From Lama glama (lineage: Eukaryota): a stretch of 64,000 nt of DNA. This document shows positions 27,627 through 40,659 of the stretch, piece by piece. The stretch is from NCBI GenBank assembly GCA_028534125.1, contig CM052817.1:82958001-83022000 (forward strand), in the 5' to 3' direction. The translations under genes and the position numbers were made by a program. How positions within the stretch are numbered: the stretch's first letter is position 1; every line of letters begins with the position of its first letter. The notes under the pieces were generated by a model, which saw only the letters and a program-made list of their open reading frames with translations, made no database searches and was not told where the DNA came from.

Positions 27627-28749
27627 CTGGGAAAAATTAAAAGATCCAATTCCTGTCTGAGATGAGTTCAGAAACCTAATTCCATGCAATTGTAAAATCC
27701 TTTCAGGTACGTACCTCTTAGTGGTTATACAGATACAGTAATTTAGAACAACATATATAAACTATACAGTCTTACAAAATATTATAAACAAGTACTCTAT
27801 ATTATGAGTAAATATTTTGTGGGATGTGTTCAAATTGGGGGCCTGTGTTTTGACAGGGAGAACTGGGAAAAGGCATTCTTTGTCTTCCAAATATTCCCGC
27901 TGAATACGTGAGATTTACATTCACTGAGGTGAAGATACTAAAGTAAATTTAAAAATTCCTCACCTGATGATCACAGAGATTTCCTAGAGTGAAGAGAATA
28001 GCTGAGAACATTTAGCCACTATACAAAATAAAAGCACAGGAAATTAATGTAAACATGTTTTTCTTTGAATTATCAGAAAACTGACACACCTTGAAACTTC
28101 ATTTTGCTTATGAAGGATTCAATGAAGAAACAAGCGCTTTAATATTGAGCCCATCATGTTGGCTAGTAAAGCAAATTTAAAAAACTAAACACCTTTGCTT
28201 GTGGAGTTCATGCTTAAATATCTAGTACTGAAACTTTACTATTCTTGTGCCAAACCTTTCCTTTGGAATACTAAGTGTGTGGCGGTGCTGAGAGCTCTTC
28301 CTTGTAAAATAATAAAATATGAAAGCCTTTAATTTATTGTTAAATTCAGTGTGCCAGCAAAATTTATCATAAACTCCTGAAAATACGAAATAATGGTTTG
28401 CAGTTGCACCTTCCCAGATGATAAAGCAGGTTTATGGCAAGAACCAGAAGCTGATCTCCCATCAGTCCCGATCAGGCTGAACCAGCCAGGGATGAGCAAA
28501 GGCTGCCTGGAGCTCAGCTTTTAAAACAATGTGACAATGTAATAATTCCTTCCATCACAATGTTTCCTATCAGAAAAAAAGAAACAGCTGATTCTTAAAT
28601 AATAATTGATCCCAGCATTAAGAGGCACAAGCCAGCCAAAACTCATCTGATCTTTTCAATGTAAAATCACTGCCTATCAAGAATTCAAGTCCAGTTGTCT
28701 AGGGTTTTAAAATCGTGCAAGACACACTGTAGCCATTGTGTTGTGGTCT

Positions 28750-29095
28750 CATCCTCTGATTGGCTGGCTGCAGATTTGGAAATCCTTGGTCATATTTATC
28801 TATTTCTGGTACCCCAGTAGGAGTTCAGTAATCTGGAGTTCTCCACATCGTGCCAGCCAATCAGTGCTCAGGGAAAATAATGCACGTGATGAAATCTGCG
28901 TGGAGAAAATCCCAGCCCCACATCTCCCTCCCTAAAAGGCTGGGGAGGGTACATACTTTTCAACACTTTCCTTTTCCCCCTCAACTGAGAGTTTGGTAAA
29001 AATTGACACTGATGAGGAATAAGGCAAACATTGTCTTCATGGGGCCTGTACACACAGGAAAGTTACAGGACTTCCACCAACAGCCAATGATGGCA
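28750..29095. promoter_or_regulatory. Cluster of CCAAT boxes and an E-box
   Basis: ctgATTGGctggc 28756-28768, gccagCCAATcag 28852-28864, CACGTG 28883-28888, cagCCAATga 29081-29090, in non-repetitive-looking sequence. Confidence 0.45.
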
Positions 29096-29992
29096 GTTTT
29101 AGTGCTCAGTAACAGAAAGGCTTGAAGGATAATAAAAATATGACAGAAAAAAAATACCATTAGTGTGAGCAGCAACAAAAGAAAAAGCAATTATGTTGTT
29201 TTCCCCAGATTAGAAAAAAAAAAATCTGCCATTTATTATTAAAACTTTTGGTGGTGCTTAACTGCACTGAAAGAAATTTGAAAGCTGAATATAGTTTAAA
29301 ATATATACTGTGGGTCTAGGAGAAAATTATCTAAGAGTCCTATTGCCTTTTCAGCTTTATCTTTCTCCACTCCTGAATAACAAAACTATTACAGAATGTA
29401 AATCCCACTTGAATCTTTTTTTAAAAAAATTAACTTAGCAACAGCTGAAAAACTAACTTCACTGTCTACACTGTACCAGAGTATATGTCACTTATGTACA
29501 CATTAGCCATCACAAATTGTTTTAAACTGGCAATAAACTCTGAATACTAATATAAAGAATACTGACGTTCCTTCAAGCGTACATCACACGCTATTCATGA
29601 ACTAACAATACATCTTTTCTATGTTGCAATCTGTATTTTAAATAAAACTTTGGCCTATGCTACAATATTCTTGAAAAGAAACTGGATGACTTTATTCATG
29701 GGGCCTAGCATACTACAGTAAACTCAGAAAGAAAAAATGTTTTAAAAACACATTTATAATAAAACACAGGAACTTACATAAGTAGGGTATTTGAACTACA
29801 TTAAAAGACAAATATGGAAACTCACTAGTCAAGAAATTATACTGCAAAGGAAAGCAGGACATTCTTGAAAACCTCAAGAAGATACAGATAAGAGCTTGAT
29901 TACTTGGTCATTTGCTGTACACGCAACCAGTGTTCTTAGACAGCATCACCACCAAACTTTTCTTTGCACGTCACTGTAAATCTCATCAAAAG

Positions 29993-30410
29993 ATAAGCCT
30001 TGATATAGATTTGACTATTGCCAGACTGAATGCCTGGGATGATTCCACTGGACGATTAGACCATGGCTAGTGCCAGCAGGTCCCACAGAAACTGAGGACC
30101 TATACTCTCCTTTGTACACATGGAGGAGAAACTCCCTTGCTCTGAAAAATTTGGAAGCTCTCTAAACACACAGCATGGAATTCTAACTTTAAAAATAATG
30201 GAGTATTCATGCATTCACACTAACCAATCTACTCTAGAAATAAATTCAAATTGACAAATATTAATGGAGATTCACTCCTATATGTACAAAGGAGAGTACA
30301 GGTCCTCAGTTTCTGTGGGATCTGCTGGCACTAGCCATGGTCTAATGATCCAGTGGAATCATCGCAGGCATTCAGTCTGGCAACAGTCAAATCTTTACAT
30401 CTAGGCTTAT
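29993..30410. repeat. Long inverted repeat (arms ~145 bp, spacer ~125 bp)
   Basis: 30007-30120 aligns without gaps to the reverse complement of 30281-30394 with 7 mismatches in 114 bp; weaker pairing extends to ~29993/30410 and ~30138/30263. Confidence 0.97.
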
Positions 30411-31254
30411 TAGTGAAACAACTGTATCACAGGGAGAGAACTTTAAAAATACACGCTGAATTTCACACATTACACTTTTCTTAAAGCAGTAGTAAAGACA
30501 CAGTTTTAACTCGATGCATATCTCTAAGTCAACCAACCTTGAACATAAATACGTATTAAATAGATTCATATTTTGTACCATTTCCATTTGGGTTCATACT
30601 ATAATAACAATATTTGTTCTTAACATATTTCTGTCAGGGATCATGAAAATATTCAACTGAGTTGATGAGATAAAAATACTAGCTTTGAGTATGGAGGCTA
30701 GAGTTTCCGTGCTCCAGTTTTGCTGGGAAAAGGCAATGAAGAGGAAATATGAGCAATTTCTCAGAAGCTCAGATTCAGAGTACTGTGACTACAAGTAAAT
30801 GCTGTTGAGCTAAGTGACCCACTTCTAGATAGTTGAGAACCACTTCAAATTCCCTCTTCCTAATAGACCTCTCATTTCTTGTTCATAGTGTTTATGTATG
30901 AAAAGTCATTATGAAATGTTCACAGCTTTCATTAGGAACTGAAACAATATTCAAGGTAATAAGGTAACAAACTGTACAAATAGGACAGATGAAGTCCATG
31001 GAATCTTTGAAATTTAGGGATCCTCTTTTGTTTCTTACAGCTTCCATTTTGCTTCCCTGCTTTTGCTCCAATTTTAATCTTGAACTAACATTGTTAGTCA
31101 TAACAACGCCCAACACATCATTGATTACGGAATATTTTATAGAGGAAACTGTATCAATATAATTTATTTACTATATCTAGAACTCACTTTCTGAAAACAA
31201 AACCTCGAAAATGACACGACTATACTGCCCCCTTAATACACATTTTCCCAATTT

Positions 31255-31410
31255 ATCTCAGAACAAAATCTTTGGAATATGTATTATTACATCCCATTGT
31301 ACAGATGAGAAAAATAAAGATCTGAAAGTTTGTCACTTTTTGAAAACCACAGAGCCTGCAGTTTGACTGTCACCAAGCCTACATTCTTTACCACTAGGCC
31401 ATGCTGCCAA
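31255..31410 (-). mobile_element. MIR SINE
   Basis: tattattacatcccattgtacagatgagaaaaataaagatctgaaagtt...ttcttaccactaggccatgctgcc. Confidence 0.75.
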
Positions 31411-31509
31411 AAAAAAGAAATGGTGTTTGTGTTTATATCAATGCAAAGACTGTGTAACTTAAGTCTTAAATCAGTGGAAGTTTCTCTCCCCATCTGAGCA
31501 CTCATGGTC

Positions 31510-31729
31510 CAGAGGTCAGCAAACTATAGTCCAAAGGCCAAATCCAGTCAGTCACTTACTTTTGCAAATAAAGAATCTTTTTGGAACACAGCTACACTCA
31601 TTCTTTCACATTATGTATGGCTACCTTCACATTGCAACAGCAGATTTAAGTAGTTAGAACTGACACCCTCTGGCCCACAAAGCCTAAAATACTATCTGGC
31701 TCTTTATAGAAAATACTTGCCAACCTTTC
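31510..31729. mobile_element. hAT-Charlie MITE (MER58A-like)
   Basis: cagaggtcagcaaactatagtccaaaggccaaatcc ... tggcccacaaagcctaaaatactatctggctctttatagaaatacttgccaacct; ~220 bp with degenerate TIRs. Confidence 0.85.
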
Positions 31730-33792
31730 AGTTACATGACTGACAAATATTTGGAAGTGATGACGTAAAAGAGTTTTGATTGGTGGAGGGTCTTTTGCCA
31801 AATATCAACTTTACATAGGAAGCATGTCAAGAAGAATGGAACTTACGGAACAGATATGAAGCAAGGGAATTAAAAAGGACGAACAGCAAGGCTAAGGTAA
31901 ACAATGCATCCACAGAGCACTCGCAAGAGCACCTTGAACAGGCCAAGTTGCCTGTTGATCTTAAAACTACTGAATTAAATGGAGACTGTGATGTGATTTT
32001 GCTGAACAGCTCTGTGTACACAGATCTATGAAATCCTTCTGTGACTGAGGCCTTACAGTAGTTGTTACTCTGCAAAGTTATTCATACTTTCCATGTAAAC
32101 TTGAACTGTAGAGGGTATCAGGAAAGGAAAGGTTCCCATTCCACTAGAGAGCTAATTATTTTCTAATTCTAAAGAACTGGTAAAGACCATAAAGTGGTCT
32201 TGTCTGAAAAATTTTTCAGTAGGTTTAGAATTATGTCACTCTCCATTGTTAATGCAGTCATATGATTGTGCTCATTAGCTCCAATCACTGATTTGCATGG
32301 CAGTTAGCCCCGAGAAGTAACTCTAAGAGTGAAATCCCAAAGGAACATTGATTTGCCTTAATACAGTGTATGTCTCCAATGGAACTGAAACATTTCCAGT
32401 GTGAGAGAGGACTTAAACTTAGATAATGAGTGTTCACGTGCACACACATACACATACATACCATTACACATAACAAGAAGCTCTCAGAAATTTTAACATT
32501 CTACATTATTGGCACATTTCCAGGGAATTTTAAAAAGCAGTAAAATTCCTAGTTGATGACACAGTTTCCCAAATCACTTCCCAGCTTTTCCCTGAGCCAC
32601 TAGTTCTTAAAACATGAAAGAGAGGGCACTTTTAATTTGAAAAGTGGTCTGTAAAGTTCATATGGGAGGAAGAGAGAATTTGCCAAAGTGATTAAGTCCA
32701 TGTGTGAAGGACTAAGTGAAACCTTCAGGCATTCTGTCACACGTTATTTTCACTTTTTTTTTTCACTTTACACAACTACGTGGGTGGCCACATGTCTATT
32801 TGTTTTCCTTGTTTTTCAACAAGTGAAACTAGAGGTTGAGAAGGGGAGGTTAGAGGGGCATGTTTTTAAACTCACAGAAATCATTGTTTCATTATTTTCA
32901 GAATGAGCCGATGTGCAACTAAGCGAGTTCTCTCATTAGCTGAATCCAGAAACAGATGGTAATTGTGCTTATGAAATTATTTTTGTGCAGCCTTTGTATC
33001 TGAGAGCATTTTTACCTTTCCCTTTGCTTACACAATGCTACACCCTCCACTCACAGAGCTGGCATCCTAAGACAGAGTGAAAATATTAATCTGTATATAA
33101 GAATTTAATCGGGTACAAAGAGCCCTTATCATGTTGATGCTAAAACTAAATGTTCTAGAAGAACATTCTCATAACTTTCTTAATTTATATTATTGAAGAA
33201 AAATTCAATATTAAGTTGGATGCTATGATTAGTCTTACATATTAAGTGTGGTTAGCAATGAACAATTTGCAAAATAAAATTTTGAGAAGTCAATCCCTCT
33301 TTAATATACCCTGTTAAGCTCCTATCATGTAAAAGAAACTGGCCTAAGAACTCTGCAATTGGAACAAAATGTATGATAAGTTACTAATAAACTAATATTC
33401 AGTGTCAGTATGTTTCTCATTTTCAAGATCATTTTTCAACAGATTTTTACATGACTTTAATGATTCATTCTGGCAAGGAATTCCAACCAAGGATTTCTAC
33501 TATTTCACTCAGCTCAATTTCACTTTTACATCTACGTAAAAAGAATAAAGTGGAGTAGGGCAAGCGATCCAAAAATAAAAGCCTGACATCCCATAAAATA
33601 AAAATGGTGGCATATGACTTATCTAAATGCAATTTTTTCTTCTGCATATGTATGACTTTTTTTGACCCTAGTGAGTTGATCATAACTTCTCTGTTCAAGG
33701 AACATATAATGATCATTCTTGTAAGAGTCCTCTTTTTTTCTCTTTTATGTTTTCTCCTTCATTTTTCATCACAGTGTTCAACCCCCTCATTT

Positions 33793-33883
33793 TGTGTATG
33801 TGTATATATATATATGTGTGTGTGTATATATATATATATGCATGTGTGTGCATATATATATACACACACACACATATATATAC
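33793..33883. repeat. Compound (TG)/(TA)/(CA) microsatellite, strictly alternating pyrimidine-purine for 91 nt
   Basis: Read directly from the sequence. Confidence 0.95.
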
Positions 33884-33889
33884 CATATC

Positions 33890-36800
33890 TTTAAATGTGC
33901 TTTATGTGTTTTCTTGCATATTCATGTACCCTAGCAAAAACATGTTTCCTGTGTGTGTGTGGTGTGTATTTTAATGTATACAGATGGTACTTTGCTACAA
34001 TTATACTGATTTTTAAATTTTTATTAAAAATCAATTTTGAACATCAACTTAAGTTTCTGTAGATGTTTATACTCCAATTGATTTGATTGGCTGATAACAT
34101 TTTGTTTATATGTCCACTGTATTTAATCTGGGTCTTCACTAACTCCTCAACCACCACAAAAATGCTGCATTGACATCCTTCAGGCTTTTGACTCTATGGA
34201 CCTGTGCAAGAAATTCTCTGGAATATATGCTTAGGGTTTCCATATAAATGCATAATTTCATTAAGTTCTTTTAACTGCTGTCCATAATGACTGGATTGTT
34301 TTAGTCTCCTATGAGAGAATCATGAGGCTTCTTATTTCCACACCTCTATACATTCACTTGGAACTACCTGACATGTTCATACCTGTCAATCTGATGGATT
34401 TAAACTGACAAAAACAAAAAAACCTTTTTTTCCCCTCCTCTGGTTATTGGTGAGATTGATAATCATTCATTTCTCACTAAATTCTCTTCTGTGAGCTGTC
34501 CATTACACTTGGTATATTGTTTTTCATAGGGGGCTCTTATCTTTTTTGTTGATTTGCAATTCTCTGTGCTTTCTAGATATTTAACCTATACTCGTTTGAA
34601 ATATTCTCTAAATCCATCATCTGTGTCCTTGAACATACATTTAACGTGGGCACATCTATAAGTTTTCTTTTGATTTATGGCTAGAATAGTTTGTCTTCAG
34701 AAGTCTTTCCCACTTCATAGTCACACACATTCTCCTGTCTGTGTATGTGTGTGTGTGTATTACTTTTCAAATTTAAAGTTTAGTCACTTGGTTTCCACCT
34801 TTGTATATGCTCTGAGGTATAGAATTGACATTTTTATTACTTATTTTTATTTATTAGGCTATTTTTCCCAGAACTATCAAACAATTCATCTTTGCTCATT
34901 GATTTGTGATGCTATTTTGTCAGAGATCAATTTTTCCTATATATATGACTCAGCATGTCAGCTCTGTTATATTTTCCTTTAGTCTACTTACATCTTTCTA
35001 TTTTTATACCCACATTTTAATTTTTATTAAAGTAAAAATAATACAAAAGGTACATAAAACATGAGAGTACAGATAAATGAGTAAAACTGATTAAGAAATA
35101 CAATTTTACTAGCACCTTTCCAAATCAAATATCATTCCTCTTGCCCAGAGATGTCCCCTGAGTTTTAACATTATGATTATTTAGAAGTGTATTTCACGTA
35201 GAAGTTAATTATCAGACATATGGTAAGTTTTAGAAATTGTTTGTTTGTTTGCTTCTTTATAGAGTAAGTCTACCATGGTAGAGAACACATTCTGTATGAT
35301 TTCACTCTTTAGATATTTGTTAAAAAAAAAATTTGTTGATACATACTTTACTCCCCAGCCTAAGGTCAATTTTTATAAATGTTCCATGTATACTGTAAGA
35401 TAATGCATTTTGCTAGTTGTATCTCTGCTTGCTCAATCTTCTATATGCTTAATGATTGCTCTGCTTCTTCTGTCAATTTTCAGAGGTGTATTAAAATTTC
35501 CCACTAAATGTGTAGCATTGTCTTTTCATTTCAAGTCCACCTCTTTTGTACATTGAAAATATGCTACTATATATATATATATAGTTTGAATTTATACATC
35601 TTCCTGGTAAGCTGACTTTTTATCACCATAAAATCATTAATCATTATGAAATATTCGTTGTCCTGCTCATTTTTAGCTTTGATCGACCATCTTATCATTT
35701 GCTTTCTGTTTGTTCCTCTTGTCCTGTGTTTACTTTTCTCTCTTTCCATAGTTTATTTTGGATTGAATGTTCATTTTGGATTGAATTACTCTATTATTAA
35801 TGTCACATTTCTTTTATAGTTACTTTAGAAATTACAATATGCATCCATGCATGCATTCATTGCATTCATAGTTAAATATCCATGACTACTAAAATCAGAA
35901 CCTTATTTCCTGCAGGAAAATGCAAGGATCTTAGAATGCCTTTTCTTTATTACTGTCCTTCTCATACTGACTTATATACTAGTGTTGTCATATACTTTAA
36001 TTGTATAAATATTTTAAACCCAGAAATCATTATTTATTTTAGTCACAATTTATTTAAATGTATCCATATATTTGCCTTTATTGTGGTGTATCATTTCTTC
36101 TTAATATCTGAGGTTCCATCTAAGATTATTTGCCTTCTGATTGAAGGAACACATTGTATTCTTTTCTTTACTGCAGGTACAATAATGATGAATCCTCACA
36201 TGTTTGTTTTCAAATGCCTTTAGAGAAAGATGAAAGAGCATCAATCCCACTTTGAATATCTAGATCAACCATAAAATAATAATTTTTCTTGATCTCATAA
36301 AAGAAATGAGACAGAGAAGTCAGAAAGTACGAATTCCACAGAGGGCAAACCCCTTTGAGAAGAGACAGAAAACACAGACAGGCTTCCCTGCATCTGTGAC
36401 CCATACAAAAGGGTAAGGAAACCTAAGCTGAAATCTTAATTTACTTCTAGAGGCTAGGTGTAGGACAGCGTACAGAACCCCAAACACAAGGTGACGTCAC
36501 ACCATGGATGTCTACCAGGTATGCACATGAAGAAGGGAGGTAGGGTATTAGAGAAATCCTTACTTATGGTGGAAGCACGCAGGAGGGGTGTGATCACTGC
36601 TGTGTGAGTCACAAAGTATCACTAACTCCTGCTTTAATTCACTGCTTATAGGGAGCAAACGTCCCAAACTGCTGGGGGAGGAGCAGGAATCTCTGTCACT
36701 TCCACTGCACAAGTAAACACTCATTTCTGGGGAGAAAGTAAAAGAAAAATGTCTTTATTTCTTGTTCATTTTAGAAGGATATTTTCAATGACCAAGGTGA

Positions 36801-37280
36801 CAGTTACATACTTCCTTTCATTTCTTTAAAAATACGATTCTGTGATTTTTCTGGTTTCTGTTATTTCTGTCAGTCTTATGAACTCCTTTGAAAATAATCT
36901 CTCTTTTAAACTTTTATAAATTGTATTGTCACCTGATTTCAACAGTTTTATTACAAGGTTGAGATGTCATTTTCTCCAATTATAATGTTTGAAATATGGA
37001 TTCTTTATTATATTATTTTCATAGCTTTTTTACACTTACATTTTTTCTAAATTCCTGTGTAATATTTATAAGTAATCCTTAGATTTCATATTTTAGTTTC
37101 TTACTGTGAACAATATAGTGAAATGTATATATAGCTTCTAAATTAAATTTATATCCTGAAACAATGTTGATGTCTTTTATTAGTTAAAATAATTTTATAA
37201 TAAATCTATTGGGGTTTTTTGTGTAGATGAACATATTCAAACAACGCCCATTTCTGTGTTCTCTTCTAATTCTACATGCA
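33890..37280 (-). mobile_element. Fragmented old LINE-1 (L1ME-like) cluster
   Basis: Multiple antisense L1 motifs (ttttataaatgttccatgt, ggtgtattaaaatttcccacta, ttagaaattacaatatgcatcc); 36290-36750 may be a separate insert. Confidence 0.6.
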
Positions 37281-37349
37281 TATTATATATAAACATGAAC
37301 ATTAGTCTCACATGAAATTCATAACTACAAACATCATATCAACCCTTAA

Positions 37350-38640
37350 TTATAGGCTTGTAGTCTTAGCATATCACCTAGTCTTTTCAATCTGCCAAAA
37401 ATCTATTTCATGACTTCTCTCTTTCCAAACTATCAACACATCCCACAACTGACTCAGCTGTTGACTTTTCTCAGAAACATACAGAAGGGAATTTCAACAA
37501 GTTCTCATCAGCATATCTGCTCATTTATAAGCACAATGGCCAAATATTCTGCTTTCTTCTCTGTTATTATGGTGAAATTGTCTCTACTCTTTTCTAAATA
37601 ATCCTCTCCAATTCATTTCCTCTTGTTTTCTCAAAAGTCACTTCAGTCAGGTTTTAAGTCACTATTCCACAGAAACTACACTTGTCAAGATCATCAAAGA
37701 CTTTCACTGTGCTAAAACCCAATGGCTGTTATCCTGTTATCATTTTACTTGATCTGCCATCAGCATTTTCTGTGATTGATCACCCCACCCCAATAACAAG
37801 ATTTTCTTCACATGGCCACTACAACATTCTCTTTTCCCCATTTTTCTCCTATCTTACTGCCTTTGCCTGGTTCTTCTTCATCCCTTGAGGAATTAATAGA
37901 ATTAATAGAGCACTGGACTTCCTTGGTGCTCACATTTAAATCTTGTCTAAATGCTAATGACTTCTAAAGTCTGATCTACAATATAAGCCTCCCATTAAAC
38001 ATAAGACCCTTACATGCAACTGCTTTCTTAGCATCTCCTTAGGTACATAATAGGCATATGAAATTTAACAATCTCTGAACTCAAACACCTATCTTTCTTC
38101 TCCATATACCTGCTTCTTCTGAAATTTTGAATCTCAGTTCTACACTAATATTCTGTACAACATCGACTGGATATTTGATACTACTAAGGACTTATTGTTA
38201 TTTCAGATGTGATAATAGTACTATGGTATGATTTTTTTTAAAGGATGAAGAATAGTTATCTCTTAGAGAAACTTAGTGAATTATTCATATTTGAAATTAC
38301 ATGATGGCTCAGATTTGCTTCAAAATAATCCAGGGGTTATAGGTGGGGGAATAAGATTGGCCTTATGCTGATAATGAGTATCTTCTCCCTACTTTCGTAA
38401 ATGTTTGTAATTTTCAATAAAAAAAGAAAAAGAAAAAAAGTCTCCACAGCCTAATGCCATTTAATGTAACCAACCTGATTTCGAACACTAACCTATTCTT
38501 TACCCCTGTCCATTGGCCTGCTCTCTGTCCTCTGAAGATGTATATTCATTTATCTTTCAATTGCACTATGTTAGTTCAGTACCTACATGCAACAACAATC
38601 CTTCCTGACTATTTCAGCCCACTTGGTGTGCAATTCCACC
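37350..38640 (+). mobile_element. LINE-2 fragments interrupted by an old L1 3' end (~38150-38435)
   Basis: tcatcaaagactttcactgtgctaaaacccaatgg...cttgatctgccatcagcattt (L2); actggatatttgatactactaagga...aattttcaataaaaaaa (L1 tail). Confidence 0.7.
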
Positions 38641-38954
38641 CTCTTACAAGATGCATTTGTACTATCCATTTTGACAGTTATTTAGCTAACATTTTAGAAG
38701 TTTATTTAACTCTATTTCTCAAACAAGTCTTTTTAAAAAATTTCTTATATGCTTTATGCAACTTGATACACGATGTATTGAAGCTCAAACAATATCCCAC
38801 AAATTATTATTTGCCTATTAATTGACCCAAAGAGCCTTTTATGGACACAGATAAAGAACTTTAGATGAGAATAAAATGTTTTTGCATAAATATTCAAATT
38901 ATATACTAATTCTAAAATATTTTAGATATAGAGGGTTCATTTCTATAGGATACG

Positions 38955-40260
38955 AGTTTTTAACAGTTTTATTGAGATATTATTGACATATAAAATTGTA
39001 TATATTTAAGGTGCACAACTTGATGTCTTGATATGTGTATAGATTATGAAATTATTACCACAATCCAGATAATTAACATAGCTATCATCTATAGGTTAAT
39101 AGATTTACAAAAAAGGGTAACCACAAGTCAAAAATTTACAAGGGAGTCACAAAANNNNNNNNNNNNNNNNNNNNNNNNNNNNNNNNNNNNNNNNNNNNNN
39201 NNNNNNNNNNNNNNNNNNNNNNNNNNNNNNNNNNNNNNNNNNNNNNNNNNNNNNNNNNNNNNNNNNNNNNNNNNNNNNNNNNNNNNNNNNNNNNNNNNNN
39301 NNNNNNNNNNNNNNNNNNNNNNNNNNNNNNNNNNNNNNNNNNNNNNNNNNNNNNNNNNNNNNNNNNNNNNNNNNNNNNNNNNNNNNNNNNNNNNNNNNNN
39401 NNNNNNNNNNNNNNNNNNNNNNNNNNNNNNNNNNNNNNNNNNNNNNNNNNNNNNNNNNNNNNNNNNNNNNNNNNNNNNNNNNNNNNNNNNNNNNNNNNNN
39501 NNNNNNNNNNNNNNNNNNNNNNNNNNNNNNNNNNNNNNNNNNNNNNNNNNNNNNNNNNNNNNNNNNNNNNNNNNNNNNNNNNNNNNNNNNNNNNNNNNNN
39601 NNNNNNNNNNNNNNNNNNNNNNNNNNNNNNNNNNNNNNNNNNNNNNNNNNNNNNACTCCTTTGGAATATATACCCAGAAGTGGGATTGCTGGGTCATATG
39701 GTAGCTCTATTTTTAGTATTTTTAAGACTATTCATACTGTTTTCTGTAGTGGCCTTTGTTTATTAATCCATTCAGCCATTTAATGTCTTTTAATGGGAGA
39801 ATTTAGTCCATTTGCAATTAAAGTAATTATTGATAGGTATGGGCTTATTATTACCATTTTGCCCACTGTTTTCTGGCTTTTTTGTAATTCCTTTGTTCCT
39901 CTCGTCTCTTTATGTCTTCCTTGGTGATTGGATAATTTCCTGTAACGGTATGCTTAGACTCCTTTTCTCTTTCTCTTTGTCTATGATAGGCTTTTGCTTT
40001 GTGGTTACCATGAGACATATAAAACATCTTATAACAGTCTCTTTTAAGTTGATAACAACTTAGGTTCAAAAGCATAATAAAGTTCTATATTTTTGTTCTC
40101 TCCTACCTCACATTTTATGTTTTTAATGTCACAATTTACACCTTGTTTTCCTTGTGGATCTATTCCCAAGTTTTTGTATAGTTATTTTTAAAACTTTTGG
40201 TTTTTAACCTTCATACTAAAGCTAAAAATGATTTACTACCACCTTTACAATATTAGAGGA
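38955..40260 (-). mobile_element. LINE-1 (L1MA-like) fragments flanking an assembly gap
   Basis: 3' tail ttttattgagatattattgacatataaaattgtatatatttaaggtgcacaac; after the gap ggaatatatacccagaagtgggattgctgggtcatatggtagctctatttt. Confidence 0.8.
39155..39654. other. Assembly gap (500 N)
   Basis: Run of N. Confidence 1.
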
Positions 40261-40659
40261 AAGGAATATTCTGCAAGCTTTTAAAACACAGTATCTTCAA
40301 AAAGTCATTGGAAAACAAACAGAATGCAAAATAATACCACTCCTTCTTTTAAAGTTCAAATAGAAGCTAAAATTTAATATCTGAATTGTCCATTAAATTT
40401 CAGCTAGTCAAATTATTATTTTATTGCAAATATTTGCAATTAAAATCCACAAATAATGACATTTCTTTACCTATTCAAAAGATTAAAGATGCACTACATG
40501 GCATCTGAAGCTAACACAATATTGTAAATCAACTATACTTTAATTTTTTTAAAAGATGCACTATATAAAAAGCTCAGAAATTCTTATTTTTTATCCAAAA
40601 ATTTGATTAAGAAGGGAAGGGGTAGGAAGGAAAGTGGAAGGAAAGTGAAAATAGCCTTT

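Noticed and set aside
28852..28905. Possible ER-stress element (CCAAT-N9-CCACG)
   Set aside because: CCAAT and CCACG are on opposite strands and the spacing is wrong.
36491..36500. Perfect CRE palindrome GTGACGTCAC
   Set aside because: Isolated motif in a repeat-derived region with no supporting cluster.
39033..39704. 223-aa and 189-aa ORFs
   Set aside because: Artefacts of translating through a 500-N gap; the flanks are L1.
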